Counted from the stretch's first letter, positions 23,321-36,739 are shown. The stretch: DNA of 64,000 nt from Octopus vulgaris (GCA_951406725.2 OX597831.1:70246001-70310000); one strand, 5' to 3'. Numbers and translations: made by a program. The notes: a model not told the origin generated them from the letters alone.

Positions 23321-24961
23321 GGTAGAGAGATAGCGGAAGCATTAGCACACTAAACAAAATGCTTAAGTGACATTTCATCAGCCTTTATTTTCTGAGTTCA
23401 AATTCCACCAAGGTTGACAGCCTTTCATCCTTTCCGGCTTGATGAATTAAGTCCCAGTTGAGCCCTGGCACTCAAAATTTCAGTTCTTGTGCCTGTAGCA
23501 GAAATAAATTTTATATAATTACAATGTCTGGCTGAGTATGAAAAGCCTTTTTAGTCCCTTTTCCAGTAGGAATCGTGTTTATATCTGTTCTTAATTTGTA
23601 TTGAGGACTTTCTGAATAATTGTTGCTGAACCAAGTTAAAAGTTTTTCTGCACTACACCTACTCTGAGGTTTAAGGTAGAGCTTTACAAGCTATGCTTTC
23701 AAAGCCTTTGTTATTGTTCCCAATAATAATTGGAAAATTAACTTCTTTGTTAGCTTCTTTGTTCCAGCATTTGTGAATTAGTATAACACTCAAGTTTTAC
23801 CTTTTTATTTTCCTTGATTTTGATATTAAATGAGGCATTTTGCACCTATTACAAAATACAATTTCTTCTTCTTATCAATGACTATAACATCTGGTTTGGT
23901 TTGTTCTATTCTCCATCTATTTTGTATAAGAAAGTTTCATAAACTAACATCATCCTATCTGAAGATTTTTATTTCGATCTCACAAAATGGGTTTTGCTCC
24001 AAACCTTTTCTAAAAATTCCATTGTTTTAAGACAGAATACCAGACTCAATTTTTATAATTCTACTACTTTCTTAGCACTTATTATTACCCTTTATCTTTG
24101 CCTTCTTTTTCAGTATAAATGATTGACATCTGATTAGAGATGTTTCAGTGTTGTGAGCTGCTCCCTTGTTTCTTCCTTGATAACCTTTAGCTCATCCCTT
24201 TTCTGCTGAATACTTCCAGCTCTATACCTTATTAATGACACATTCCCTTCAAGTTGATACATTATATATTTCCCACATTCAACCTAGATTTTAGAATATT
24301 TTTTATTGCACAAAAATATTCTTTAATGAGGACTTCCTTCATTTCTGTAATACTTTCCACTATTTCTAGATACTTATGTGTTTCCTCTACAGTTAAAGAT
24401 TTTATATTCTCCCTGCAAGGTAAATTCCAGTTCAACATTTCACATGATTTCCTGCCATCTTCATCTACACGTTAATACATTTCTCAATTGCAAATATCAC
24501 CTCCATATCACTACTAAATCTTCTTATGTTTTGCACAAGGGAATCTATTCAATTCTTGTATTTGCCACAAGGCTTTTAGTCACCCATAAACAGGAGATAA
24601 TTCACTGCCCCCCCCCATTCTTTCCCAGTAAATATCCCTTCTTATCTTCACATATAACTGATAAAGGAATTAGGGCAATTTAAATCAAGATAGAAGAAAA
24701 GAAACTATCATCTTAAAATATTCTTCCTTCTAGTCTATGCATCTACTAATTATACCTCTCCAGAAGTCAACACTATCTTCTGATGTTACACTGCACTTTC
24801 TAACAGACATCTAACTTTTCTGAGATCTTGAGCAGTCTGAGGCACTGCTTGATCCATGAGTGTGGGACTAGATCATGTACCTTTTTATAATCAATCCACA
24901 TAAAGTACAGATTTATCAATGTATTTCTGCAAATCTTCAAAACCATCATATTGACCATTAA

Positions 24962-25183
24962 CCCTTTTGTTACCAACCCGGCTGAAACCGCCTCTGGCTC
25001 TGTAGAACGAATGTCTTGTTTTCATAAGTTTTGAATTAAAATCTTCCACCAAACCTTAGTCACAATTTATGTTCCTAACACTAGCTGAATGATTACTAAG
25101 TTAATTTTACTAAATTCTTTGTTATATTTAAAATAATTGAAACAAACACAGAGCATCTCAAAATAAATACAGTAACGAAAGGG
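24962..25183. mobile_element. piggyBac-type MITE, copy 2
   Basis: TTAA|CCCTTT...AAAGGG|TTAA; 222 bp. Confidence 0.9.
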
Positions 25184-25565
25184 TTAAATGGTTTTTTGTA
25201 TTCCATTGCTCATTTTCCAACAATTTTTGTGTTCATCAAGTACTAAATGTTTCTCATATGTTGGTATAACTCTTCTGCAATTATTCCTGTTCGGTGGTTT
25301 TACATAAATGGTAGGTATGTAATTAGTCAATAATTTGAAGGTAACATTTCCTTTCAATTTGTCTTTCAGTATCAGACAAGTTCTTCCTCGTTGCTAACCA
25401 TAGTGGTACGTTCTTCCTTTGAGAAATACCCATTTAGTTATACCATTATGGTTTCATGAAGGTATATAAATTCTTACAGCCAGTAACCATGAATGAGAAT
25501 TCATCCAGTAAATTTTCACTTAGTTCCTTTCAGATATTTGCTTTCATGATGGTCAAATTCTTCTG

Positions 25566-25876
25566 TGGAGGCACATGGCCTAGTGGTTAGAGCGGCAGAT
25601 TCGTGGTCGAGGGATCGCAGGTTCGAATCTCAGACCGGGCGTAGTGTGTGTTTATGAACAAAACACCTAAGCTCCACGTGGCTCCGGCAGAAGGTAATGG
25701 CGAACTTCTGCTGACTCTTTCGTCACAACTTTCTCTCACTCATTCCTCCTGCATCTTGCAGCTCACCTGCGATGGACTGGCATCCTGTCCAGGTGGGGAA
25801 CCTATACGCCAAGGAAACTGGGAAACCGGCCCTTATGAGCCAGGCATGGCTCGAGAAGGAACAAACAAAACAAAAA
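25566..25876 (+). mobile_element. tRNA-derived SINE family C, full length
   Basis: tggcctagtggttagagc and ggttcgaatc boxes; (CAA) tail; 12-bp TSD caaattcttctg. Confidence 0.9.
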
Positions 25877-26581
25877 CAAATTCTTCTGCACCTTAATATT
25901 TTGATTCTAATTTTCCACTTGCTTCATCCACTGTACTTCATCATTTTGTTTAGCGTTTTTCCCAAAATTTCTCTTCAAAATAGTTTACTTTTTTTTGCAG
26001 TTAGTCTTATGTTCTCATTTCTCTCATTTCAAATTGTCTTTTCTGGTTTGATTAAAAAAGGTAATTTTACATACATTGATTGTGTCCCTGTTACCTTTCT
26101 AATTTTGGCAATTTTTACCTTTACTGTGTCAGAATCACTAGGGTATCAGAATAAAGTGTCTTTAGATATTTGTTCCAAGTACGTACATTTTGAGTTCAAA
26201 TCCTGTGAAGGCCAACTTTGCTTTTTATTCCTCAATGGGATAATAGAATAGAGTCAAGTACTGGTGTGGTTGACTAACCACATCTTAGAATTGCTGGCCT
26301 TATTCCTAAATTAGAAACAATTATCATCATCATCATCGTTGTCGTTGTTGTCATTGTTGTTGTTATTATTGTCATTATTGTTTTCATATCCATATTGCTG
26401 TGACCATAAATATCATCCCAATAATTTAATCTCTTTTTGTACAAATTTCTCTGATGATCGTTTCAAATTTTATTTATTAATATTCAGTCATTTTTGGTAA
26501 AAACAGAGTTTAATTAAATTTAATTAAATGTGGGTTTAAATTAGGGAAAACTCTGCCATTTTCCCTGTTGTCTGCATTTTC

Positions 26582-28344
26582 CACTGAACTGCAAAAGAAA
26601 CGCAATGTTTTCAAATGTTATTTTTATGCGGTAAATTCTGAAAATTATTTCAAGGATGTAAGTGTAAATATTCCAAGACATACTGGTTTATGGCTGAGAA
26701 CCGAATTGCAGGTAACCTTTCAACTTACCCTGAAACGAGATTCCAAAACACAGCTGAGTTGAATGCAGTGGGTGGCAGTTGCAAACAGTTGTCTTGAAAA
26801 CCGAAATGCACGTGCATCTCATGGAGGTTATGGGTATAAAAGTCAATTTGAACTGTGTTCCTGGAATTTGTAATTTCATTGCATCAGGTATGACCCCGAT
26901 TGTCAGGAGCACAGAGAGAATAAGCTATTGGCCAATTGCAAGCAGGGCAGCATGTCCTGCTTGCTGTGAAAGCTTACAATGTCCATGTCAGCACCATCTG
27001 TCACCTGCAACAGTGATACAACAACACCAACAGCACTGCAGACCATGTCAGCAGTGGGCACCCCTGGGTGACCATGCCCAGGCAGGACTGCTTCATCCAC
27101 TTGCAACACCTCTGTGATTGCTTCAGACTGGCCAGCATGACCGCTTGTGAGACCATTGACACTGGACAGTGATCCATCAGCGATTACATGGTATGACATC
27201 GACTGGCCACCAACCACCTGCAATTGCCATCATCCTGCTCAAGAGCCTGTCCTCACCACCTGCCACTGTCGAGCACATCTACAATGGGCTACAGAGCACT
27301 GAAATTGGTGGTATCAACAATGGAAGATGATAGTCTTCTCTGATGAGAGCCAGTACTATGTTTCCACCTCAGATGGTAGAGTGTGGGTGTGGTATAGAAG
27401 GCAGAGAGCTGGCAGAAACGTTAGCACGCCGGGCGAAATGCTTAACAGTATCTCGCTTGTCATTACGTTGTGAGTTCAAATTCCGCCGAGGTTGCCTTTG
27501 CCTTTCATCCTTTCGAGGTCGATAAATTAAGTACCAGTTATGCACTGGGGTCGATGTGATCGACTTAATACCTATGTCTGTCCTTGTTTGTCCCCTCTGT
27601 GTTTAGCCCCTTGTGGGTAATAAAGAAATAGGTATAGGAGGGGGTGAACGCTACAGTGATGCATAATCATGAAGAGAGATTATGGGGTGGCCAAAGCTAT
27701 AGGCCTGAATTAGAGAACTGGGCCCTATGTGTTCCAAAATGTTGGTGGAGGAAGAAGGATTGGCATTACAGTGCAGTGCTACGTTGACCCGATCCTAAGA
27801 CCTCACATTGTGCCCTTCTTTGTGCGTCACCATAGCCACGTGTTCCAGCAGGATAATGCTCCCTCCCACATGGCCAGGGTCACGATAGACTCCCTGCATC
27901 GGTACAATATGGGAACCATGCTATGGCTGGCTCTCAGCCTAGATTTGAACCCAATCGAACACCTGTGGGATGAAATGCAGAGACAGCTGAACCAGGTGGT
28001 CCCAAGGCCAACAACTCATGTGGAACTGGAGGAAGCTTTCCTCAGGGTGTTGGCATAGGTGTCAATGGCTTTGGGAACCACATCATGCACTCCGTGTACC
28101 GATGCTCTATGGCTGTTTTTAACACCCAGGAAAGGCATACACAGTACTGAACATGTCACACCCTACAATCTCAATGTGCTGTATCCGCCCACTACCAGAA
28201 CACATGACAATAACCCATAGACTGTGGCCAAAGTGCATCCAAGAAATCAACTTTATCAGATTTATCAAAATTTATCTCTGACATAAAGAAATTAAAACAT
28301 ATTTCACAGTCACACACGTCTCATGTTTCTTTAGCTGTTCGGTG
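26582..28344 (+). mobile_element. Tc1-like transposon, pseudogenised, with nested SINE
   Basis: FSDES; FQQDNAPSH; W.ALSLDLNPIEHLWD; TIRs cactgaactgcaaaagaaac / gtttctttagctgttcggtg|TA. Confidence 0.9.
27397..27630 (+). mobile_element. SINE family B inserted in Tc1
   Basis: gagctggcagaaacgttagc...gagttcaaattcc...aaagaaata; ggtatag repeated on both flanks. Confidence 0.9.
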
Positions 28345-28469
28345 TATTCAGATAGTCAACAAATCGTTTGATGAGAGGGGTGGTGTGAGGCAGTCATTCA
28401 AACCATGGTAGCAGAGCAAGGAGGTTATTACTTGCCTCGAGACTTTGCTTAGTAAAGTGATAAGTAGTT

Positions 28470-28900
28470 TTATCTGCATTTTTTTTCAATGGCTAACAAC
28501 ATCACTGCTATGAATAGAATTAACACTGAAGAACATGTAACAACAAAAACAACAACACAGCCAGCTTTAAAACAAGTCAACCAGTTTTTTACATCCACAA
28601 ATAACATCACCATTAACAAGATAACGACCATTAAAAAGATTTGGAAGTTACATTCAGCTAAAGCAACATGGGGGTTTATTAATGCCTGGCCATTGAACTT
28701 TGTCCCAGGAAACATCTGACTGGGTTGGAGCATATACTGTTTAGTTTCCACTGGAAGGGATAGATTCTGCAGCAGGAAACGTTCCCATTGCCATTGTCCA
28801 CTATAACAAAGTATTTTGAGATGCTGAGACTGATAATGGAATGCATAGGCATATTCTAAGGTTTCTGAATGACAAGGACGGTAAAGAGATGTAGTTGCTA
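28470..28900 (-). mobile_element. Possible pogo/Tigger-like transposase relic
   Basis: Remnants resembling VIVDN and (P)M(D)QGII; heavily frameshifted. Confidence 0.25.
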
Positions 28901-29922
28901 TTCATGTGATTTGAATTTTCACAGCTCATTTGAGTCAAGCATGGACAAAGTTGAGCATTTGCCATCTGCACTCTACCAACTGAATCATGTGCTCAACTTA
29001 AGGTCAACCATTATAGAGTATTGAAAAGATATAAGTGATGCTGGGCTGAAGCAATTCTCGGTGTTGATGAGGGCAAACTGGGCAGTCTCTCCTGGAGGAC
29101 ATATAGGTCAGAGATCATAGATATTTTTCTAAAAAGTTCTTCCCTTGGGACCACTTGCTTGGGATACATATTATAAACATAATAATGCTGAAGTTTCCAG
29201 CAACTGAACATATTTGAGATGCACTCAGAATGATGAAAGCATTTGACATACACTCACACAGTGACTATGTTTTCTAATTAGTGAGTTTATATCAAACAGT
29301 TGTTGTTACATGCAGGGTGGATTTGACTCTCAGATGAGTATATTGTGAAAATAGACCTACCACCTACACTTGGTATAAGAGAGCTGGTACTCTTCAACTC
29401 CTTGGTGAAAATGGCAAAAGACATTGTGTGGTTGCCAAACTTGAAAGGTTTGAGGACAAATTTTTCTCCCAGATGATGCCCTCTTTAGTTTCAAGTATCA
29501 CTTTAAAAGGGAGATGAAAGTGACAAGGGAGGAGCTGCATTCTAATAAAAAATTTTTAACATTAGATGAGAGAGACAAAATTAGCATGGCTAAAGGGATT
29601 GGCTTGAAACTCTAAGCTGCTGGCAAAACAAAGGGAAGGCACTTACTTTCAGTAGACCAAGATAATCTGAAATTTTGTGTAGAGTAGCTCATAACACATT
29701 ATGGGGTCCCCACTATTTTCTGGATACTTTCTTAGTATTTATTTTGTTGTTCATTTCTATTACTGCTTTTTTTGTTGTCTATTTATTAATGTGATTCTAT
29801 TGTTATTGTTGATCTCATAATTTCCATTATATTTCTGGTAGTTTTTATTTTTATTTTGCCTTTGCACTGTCCTCCCAGATTTGAGCCTTTGGGGCTAATA
29901 AAAAGGATGATGCTGATGCTGC

Positions 29923-29974
<52 letters not shown>

Positions 29975-30981
29975 GGTGGTGGTGGTGGTGGTGGTGGTGA
30001 TGATGATGATGATGACGATGATGATGACGACGACGATCATCATCATTATCATCATCATCATCATTTCTGTGTTTAGTGTTGTTAGCACCAATAAAAATTC
30101 TATGGTTATTTTAAAAGTTATAAGTTAGTCGGAAGCTTTTTAAAGAACCATGAAGTTTATATAATTTCTTTTCAAATAATCATTTTTTTCCAAACATAGG
30201 TTGTATTGGATGTACAGCCTATGGAGACAACATTTCTGAAACCTATAGCCTTGTTATACACTTGTCACCACTTATGCCAAGAGTTGTTATCTATTTTTCA
30301 CTTCACATCAAAAACGTAAACAATCTTAATCATGGAACAAAATCAATGACATTATCTTGCTATAATACTATTTTACTACTGTACACCTACATTAATAAAA
30401 CATCAACAAATCCTAATACACCCGATTACAGCCTAATTCTTAAATAAAAAAAATGTTCATGTGGGTAGACTTGAACCTGTATCCCAGTTGACCAAAGTAC
30501 AAGCTGCAGACATAGGGCTGTGGTTTCTAAAAATTGCATTACTAATACTGGTGCAGATATGACTATGGTTAAAAGTTCCCTTTCTTAGTCAAATGCTTCT
30601 CGGTTCAGTTCCATTTCTATAACTTCGAGCTGACTATTACCCTCAAGCCTCATGTGGAATTTGGTAGATAGAAGCCGTATAAAGCCTCTCTTTCTCTATC
30701 CATCTCTCTCTCTCTTTCTCTCTCACACACACAAGCACACACATAAACACACACACACACACATACACTCATATATGAAGCAATGTGTGTGCTAACATAT
30801 TTGCATTTATGTGACTTGAAACTAGTGCTGTTGTTTATGTAATGTAACATAAGCAGTTCAACAAATACACAAAGCAAAAAAAATGTATTAGTTTAAATAT
30901 TGGAATTGATTTGTTTACTGAAATTCTTGAAGATTACTGATGATTGGATTGTGGCACCAATTTAGTGAAAGACTAAACAAC

Positions 30982-31034
<53 letters not shown>

Positions 31035-31426
31035 CATAAGAGTGGTTGTGTGGCAAGTAGCTTGCTTCCCTACACCATTGCACATCCACCCACAAATACC
31101 TTCCCACTCACCACACACTAGCAACAGACACGTTTCAGCACCCCTATCACACACCATTATCCACACACTCACACACAATCTTCAATAGCATCACCATACA
31201 TACCACAATACGAGCAGCTCTGTATGATGCCTAACTCAGTACACATATCACACACCATCAACTGCACTCTCACACCCACACAAACACATAATACTTGAAC
31301 ACAGAAAAAAAATATATATATTAGGTTCTGGGTTCAGTCCCACTTCGTGACATCTTGGGCAAGTGTCTTCTACTATAGCCTTAGGCCAACCAAAGCCTTA
31401 TGTATGTATGTATGTATGTACATACA

Positions 31427-32077
31427 TTGTGAGCCGCTCTCCGGCTATCTATCTGCAGCTTTATATAGCTATAGTAAGACCTCACCTAGAATTTGCATCA
31501 CCGGTCTGGAACCCCTATCTTGCCCAGGATATTAATCGTCTGGAAGTCGTTCAGCGACGTGCAACCAAAAGAATACCCTCCATCAGGCATTTGCCATATT
31601 CTGAACGCCTTACTTCCCTGGGCATGGACACATTGAAACTCCGACCTCTGGCAGCTGACTTGGCAGACACCCATAAAATTATTAACCATCTTACAAACAA
31701 TAACTCTGAGCACCTTTTCAAACTCTACCCGTCTAACACCCGTGGCCATATTTACAAATTCAGAAAACAGCACAGCTCCCATGGCTTTAGGAAACAATTT
31801 TTCATGCTGAGAGTTGCTGAAGCATGGAACAAACTGCCGGAATCAGTTGTTAGTTTGTCGGAGCACTACATCCTTCAAAACTTCCATGCTTCTTGAAATT
31901 CGCCAACACTACACCTGATTTTCTCCCCTCCATACACACACAAGCATGTATCTGACACATACATTGTTTGCTTTCCAGACATTTGTACATTACTGCATAA
32001 GCTTTATATGCACTTTCTGACAAGTTGTGGTGCACCTGAGCACTGTATACAATAATTTCATTATTATTATATTATTA
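31427..32077 (+). mobile_element. CR1-group LINE 3' fragment nested in a SINE A
   Basis: LYIAIVRPHLEFASPVWNP...LEVVQRRATK...NTRGH..RVAEAWNKLP; (ATT)n tail; SINE A pieces at 31031-31400 and 32085-32195. Confidence 0.92.
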
Positions 32078-32232
32078 TATATATAAGCACTAGGCATACA
32101 AAGAATAAGTCCTGGGGTCAATCTGTTCAACTAAAGGCAGTGCTCCAACATGGCTGCAGTCAAATGACTGAAACAAGTAAAAGATTAAAAGAATATATAT
32201 ATATATATATATATATGTATATGTATGTATAA

Positions 32233-32287
<55 letters not shown>

Positions 32288-32456
32288 TTAGGGAATAAAT
32301 CCAAATTTACAGGGAAAAAAATCAGATTTAGGATTAAATCCAATTTTATAGTAAAATATTATAAAATATTATTAGAGACAAAACCACTATTTTGCAAAAC
32401 AAACAAGGAAAGTCTTAATCAATACATAAAATTTTAATAAATAGTCAAAAAAACCG

Positions 32457-32499
32457 CCACTACAATCGTTTCTTGTCTTGATCGACAATCTTCAGGTGG
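32457..32499 (-). ncRNA. Minimal type-I hammerhead ribozyme (left arm)
   Basis: Exact reverse complement of 32955-32997. Confidence 0.8.
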
Positions 32500-32954
32500 A
32501 CTTCAATCTAAAATATCAATATTTTAAAATATACAAATAATAATTTTAAAATAATTAAAGTATGAATGAAAAAATATAAATATATAATCCATATATAACC
32601 TATATATAATCCATATATAATCAATATATAAACAATATATTAAAAAAAAAAAAAAAAAAAAAAATATATAAATAATATATAAACTACCCACAAGTACATA
32701 TAAGCCTCAACATATACACCAAACAAAATTACTTTACCAAGGAACTTAACATATGTATAAAAAATATAACCGCTCTGGAAACGAACATCTCTAAATTAAT
32801 GAAGGGAGAAATGTTTTGTTTTATATTTTATATTTTATATTTTATATTTTATAGGTTATATATGGATTACATATTTATATTTTTTCATTCATACTTTAAT
32901 TATTTTAAAATTATTATTTGTATATTTTAAAATATTGATATTTTAGATTGAAGT

Positions 32955-32997
32955 CCACCTGAAGATTGTCGATCAAGACAAGAAACGATTGTAGTGG
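32955..32997 (+). ncRNA. Minimal type-I hammerhead ribozyme (right arm)
   Basis: ccac-CTGAAGA-ttgtc-gatcaa-gacaa-GAAAC-gatt-GTA-gtgg: intact core, stems I and II fully paired, GUA cleavage triplet. Confidence 0.8.
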
Positions 32998-33081
32998 TTT
33001 TTTTGACTATTTATTAAAATTTTATGTATTGATTAGGACTTTCCTTGTTTGTTTTGCAAAATAGTGGTTTTGTCTCTAATA

Positions 33082-33133
<52 letters not shown>

Positions 33134-33198
33134 CGCAAAAGTGGTTATGTGGCAAGTAGTTTGCTTCCCAACACCATTACACATTTCAACGTGATATG

Positions 33199-33316
33199 GC
33201 TTACAGCCATATCATGTTGAAAGCACCGGTTCTCATCCAATCACCAAAGTTAAGCAACGTTGAGCTTAGTTAGTACTTAGATGGGTGACCGCTTGAGAAA
33301 CCTAGGTGCTGTAAGC
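33199..33316 (+). pseudogene. 5S rRNA retrocopy or 5S-derived element head
   Basis: gcttacagccatatc...ttagtacttagatgggtgaccgc...ggtgctgtaagc; 118 nt; terminal helix gcttacagc/gctgtaagc; CpG decay; isolated copy. Confidence 0.9.
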
Positions 33317-33390
33317 GTCACACATTTTAAACAGTGGTGCATCAGCATGGCCGCAGTTCTGAGCTGAAACTAGAGAGAGAAAAAAGAATA

Positions 33391-33432
<42 letters not shown>

Positions 33433-33539
33433 GGTATTAGTGTGTAGCAAGAAGTTTGCTTCACAACCTGATCAAAGCCTTATGAGTGGATTTGATAGAT
33501 GGAAACTGAAAGAAGCCTGTCATATATAATCATATATAA

Positions 33540-33648
33540 GAGTGATACTGGAATGGACATAGCCAGTCTGAAAGAAGCAGCCCAGGATAGAACTGACTGG
33601 AGGACACTGATCCAACGAGTAACCGAGAGTCGACTTTGACTGAGCGGA
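33540..33648 (+). mobile_element. RTE (BovB-like) LINE extreme 3' end
   Basis: SDTGMDIASLKEAAQDRTDWRTLIQRVTESR. Confidence 0.75.
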
Positions 33649-33669
33649 TATATATATATATATATATAT

Positions 33670-33960
33670 ACCTGCACCCCGGTAATGTCATTTATTGCAT
33701 TCCCTGCTCTTTATGTCTTTCCCTGTATATTGGTCAAATGGGATGCTGCTTGGTTGACCTATTCATGGAGCACCTCTGAGGTATCAGACTCAGCAATGAC
33801 ACCCCAGTGTCATGCCACTTTCACTCTACTGGCCATTTGCTACAACATCTGTCTGTGGGTGGACTTCTCTGCATGAGGGCTACCTGGACTCCTGTCTTCA
33901 CCATGATCAGAAATTAATCTTCCTTCTACATTCTTTTGCATTATATGGGCACAACTCACT
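33670..33960 (+). mobile_element. Penelope-like GIY-YIG endonuclease relic followed by a CA-rich region
   Basis: NVIYCIPCS ... LYIGQMG ... EHL ... PVSCHF.STGH ... QKLIF (frameshifted). Confidence 0.8.
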
Positions 33961-34294
33961 ACCTCTCTTCACCTGACACCAACCCCACACAGATATCCGC
34001 ACACCTCTCACATTCAACTGCCCCCCTCCACCTACACATCTGCATACTGCCTACCTTAGTACCCTCATCACAAACACACCGTACACACTGTTTAACTCAT
34101 TACTCCCTTCACACACCATTACACACACCCACAAACACCTTACTACTCCACACACACTAGCACCAAACACTTCTCAGCACCCGCACCACACACCATTATC
34201 CACACACTCACACACAATATTTAACTCAGTACACACATCACACACCATCCCACACACTCCCACACCAACACTAGCATATAATGCTTGAACACAG

Positions 34295-34333
<39 letters not shown>

Positions 34334-34735
34334 GCAACACACATAAATGCAGGCAACATGCATAGACAAAGATAACTTTCACCCACAAAGATACACCATA
34401 CATATGTACACTACTTGGTTACACACACACACAACACGCTTGCACACACACCACCTGATCAAGCACACATCAACCACTACACACACACATACACACATGT
34501 TAGCCTCACACATATACACATGTCCATATGCAACTCACACATATACATGTGTCCATTTGTACACACACACACACACACACTTGCCCACACATACGTACTA
34601 ACACACTCACCCCCACTTCACACATACACACTCACACACACACCAATCTCACGCATACACACATGCTTGTGCACCTTAGTTTATTGGGTCCACTGTTATT
34701 ATTATTATTATTGTTATTATTATTGTTATTATTAT

Positions 34736-36451
34736 TTTTTCTTCTTTCAAATTTGCTTCCATTTCTTGCCGAGTGTCTTCCCGACCCCTAGGGAAAAGAA
34801 ACTCATAGTATACATTGGTAGGCCATTAAACCAAACTCAATAGTTCGTTCATTTTTTTTTTTTTAAGTTAAATTAAAATACATGAGTAGCAACAGTTCTC
34901 ACATCGACAATGCTCTTCTCAATACGTGTGATGTACCAGTTAAGACAATCTTTTGCACTTCTTGCAGCGATGGTAAGCCAGGGATCATTCTCATATAATT
35001 TTCGGTTCCCTTCTTGATCATTCCTAGTGCTCCTACGATCACTGGTATTGTAACCACCTTGAGATGCCACATTTTCTCAATTTCAATGAGTAGGTCTTTA
35101 TATTTTCTGAGCTTGTCAAACTCTTTCGCTGAGATATTATGATCACAGGGGATGCTCATGTCGATCAATAAGCAAACTTTATTGTTTTGGTCTTTCACAA
35201 CAATATCTGGTTTATTGGCCTTGATGGTTCGGTCTGTATGTACTGGAAAGTCCCACAGAATGGTTACATTTTCTCCTTCAGTTACAGCCTCAGGGCGGTG
35301 ATTATACCACTTGTCGGCAGTTTTGATATTGTAATGCCGACTTATTAGCCATTGGAGATATTGGCCAACTCTGTCATGTCTTAATTTATACTCCACTGGT
35401 GCTAAGACTTTACATCCAGAGATTAGGTGGTCCACTGTTTCAATCATGTCGTTGCAGAATCGGCATTTTGGGTCTGCTCCATTTTTCATCACATTGGCCT
35501 GGTAGTTCCGGGTTAATAGGCTTTGATCTTGAACAGCCAGGATGAAACCTTCGCTCTCTGCTTTTAGCCCTGAGCTCCGTAGCCATTGATGGGTTTGCTT
35601 CTGGTCAACATCAGCTTGTTTGCTGCGGGTCACATATTTGCCGTGCAGAGGTTTCTCCTCCCACCTATCAGCCAATTGCTCGTGCGCTTTTTTCATTGCC
35701 ATCTTTTTTCACCTTCTTTGCAACAATAGTTGCCGTACTTCCCTCGGGTTGTTCAGTTTGGGTATCCTGCACGAGATCAATAGCAAATTTTTTGCTTTCC
35801 TTTATGATAGAATGAAGCTTCTTTCGTCTCTCGTGATTTTCCACGAGCTTTAGCATCCAGTCATTCGATATTTCGAGATATTTGGCCAGTCCAATTGTGG
35901 TTGTTTTGTAAGCTAGTTCAAATTGGATCAGGCCTCGACCTCGTTGGGCTCTGGGAAGGTAAAGGCGATCTACGTCTGCCTTTGGGTGGTGCATCCTATT
36001 ACAACTCAGCAGCTTGGTATTTTCCTATCTATATTCTTTACTTCACTCATATTCCAGTTCAACACATTGTAGCTATAAGTAACAACTGGAACTGCTAAGG
36101 AATTTATAGCTAACACCTTGTTACGTGCATTTAGTTCAGATTTCAGGACTGCACGAACTCTCCTATAACATTCCTTCCTGATCTTCTCTTTCATGCTTGC
36201 ATGCTGAATACCAGAGCCTTCATTTATCCCTAAATATTTGTATGTTTGTTCTTGCTCAAGCTCTCTTATGACTGTGTCAACATCTAACACGACTGAATTT
36301 GTGGTCTTCACTTTCCCTTTCTGGAAAGTGGCCTTGGCACTCTTCTCAAGTCCAAACTCCATCCCGATGTCATCGCTGAATGCTTTCACGGTGCGCAATA
36401 GGCCTTCAAGTTCATTATTGTCTTTACCATAAAGTTTTAAGTCATCCATAT
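34736..36451 (-). mobile_element. Young 5'-truncated Dong/R4-clade non-LTR retrotransposon (RT C-half, CCHC finger, RLE)
   Basis: MDDLKLYGK; YKYLG; CRFC..ETVDHLISGC; RHD; KPDIVV..LIDMSIP; K..KY; few frameshifts; flanked by (TAA)n, the known Dong target. Confidence 0.93.
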
Positions 36452-36484
36452 TTATTATTGTTATTATTATTGTTATTATTATTA

Positions 36485-36567
<83 letters not shown>

Positions 36568-36600
36568 GTTGTTGTTATTATTATTATTGTTATTATTATT

Positions 36601-36657
<57 letters not shown>

Positions 36658-36739
36658 ATTATTATTATCATCTCCCTTTCATTCAGCCTCCTTTTCCTGC
36701 TCATCTCATCATGTTGGACCTTTGAACTCTGCACATTAC

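Larger units (their letters stand above)
23520..26140 (-). mobile_element. Highly degraded R4/Dong-like LINE with nested MITE and SINE
   Basis: Remnants WIDYKK..D.VPHSW and RPDVIVIDKK; the reading continues across the piggyBac TTAA site. Confidence 0.65.
32287..33090. mobile_element. Penelope-like inverted pLTR structure (~240-bp arms)
   Basis: About 32360-32604 is the reverse complement of about 32850-33090; each arm carries a hammerhead; embedded in (TA)n. Confidence 0.8.

Noticed and set aside
25566-25640. tRNA gene
   Set aside because: A and B boxes are present, but the sequence continues into a SINE body with tail and TSD and has no proper acceptor stem.
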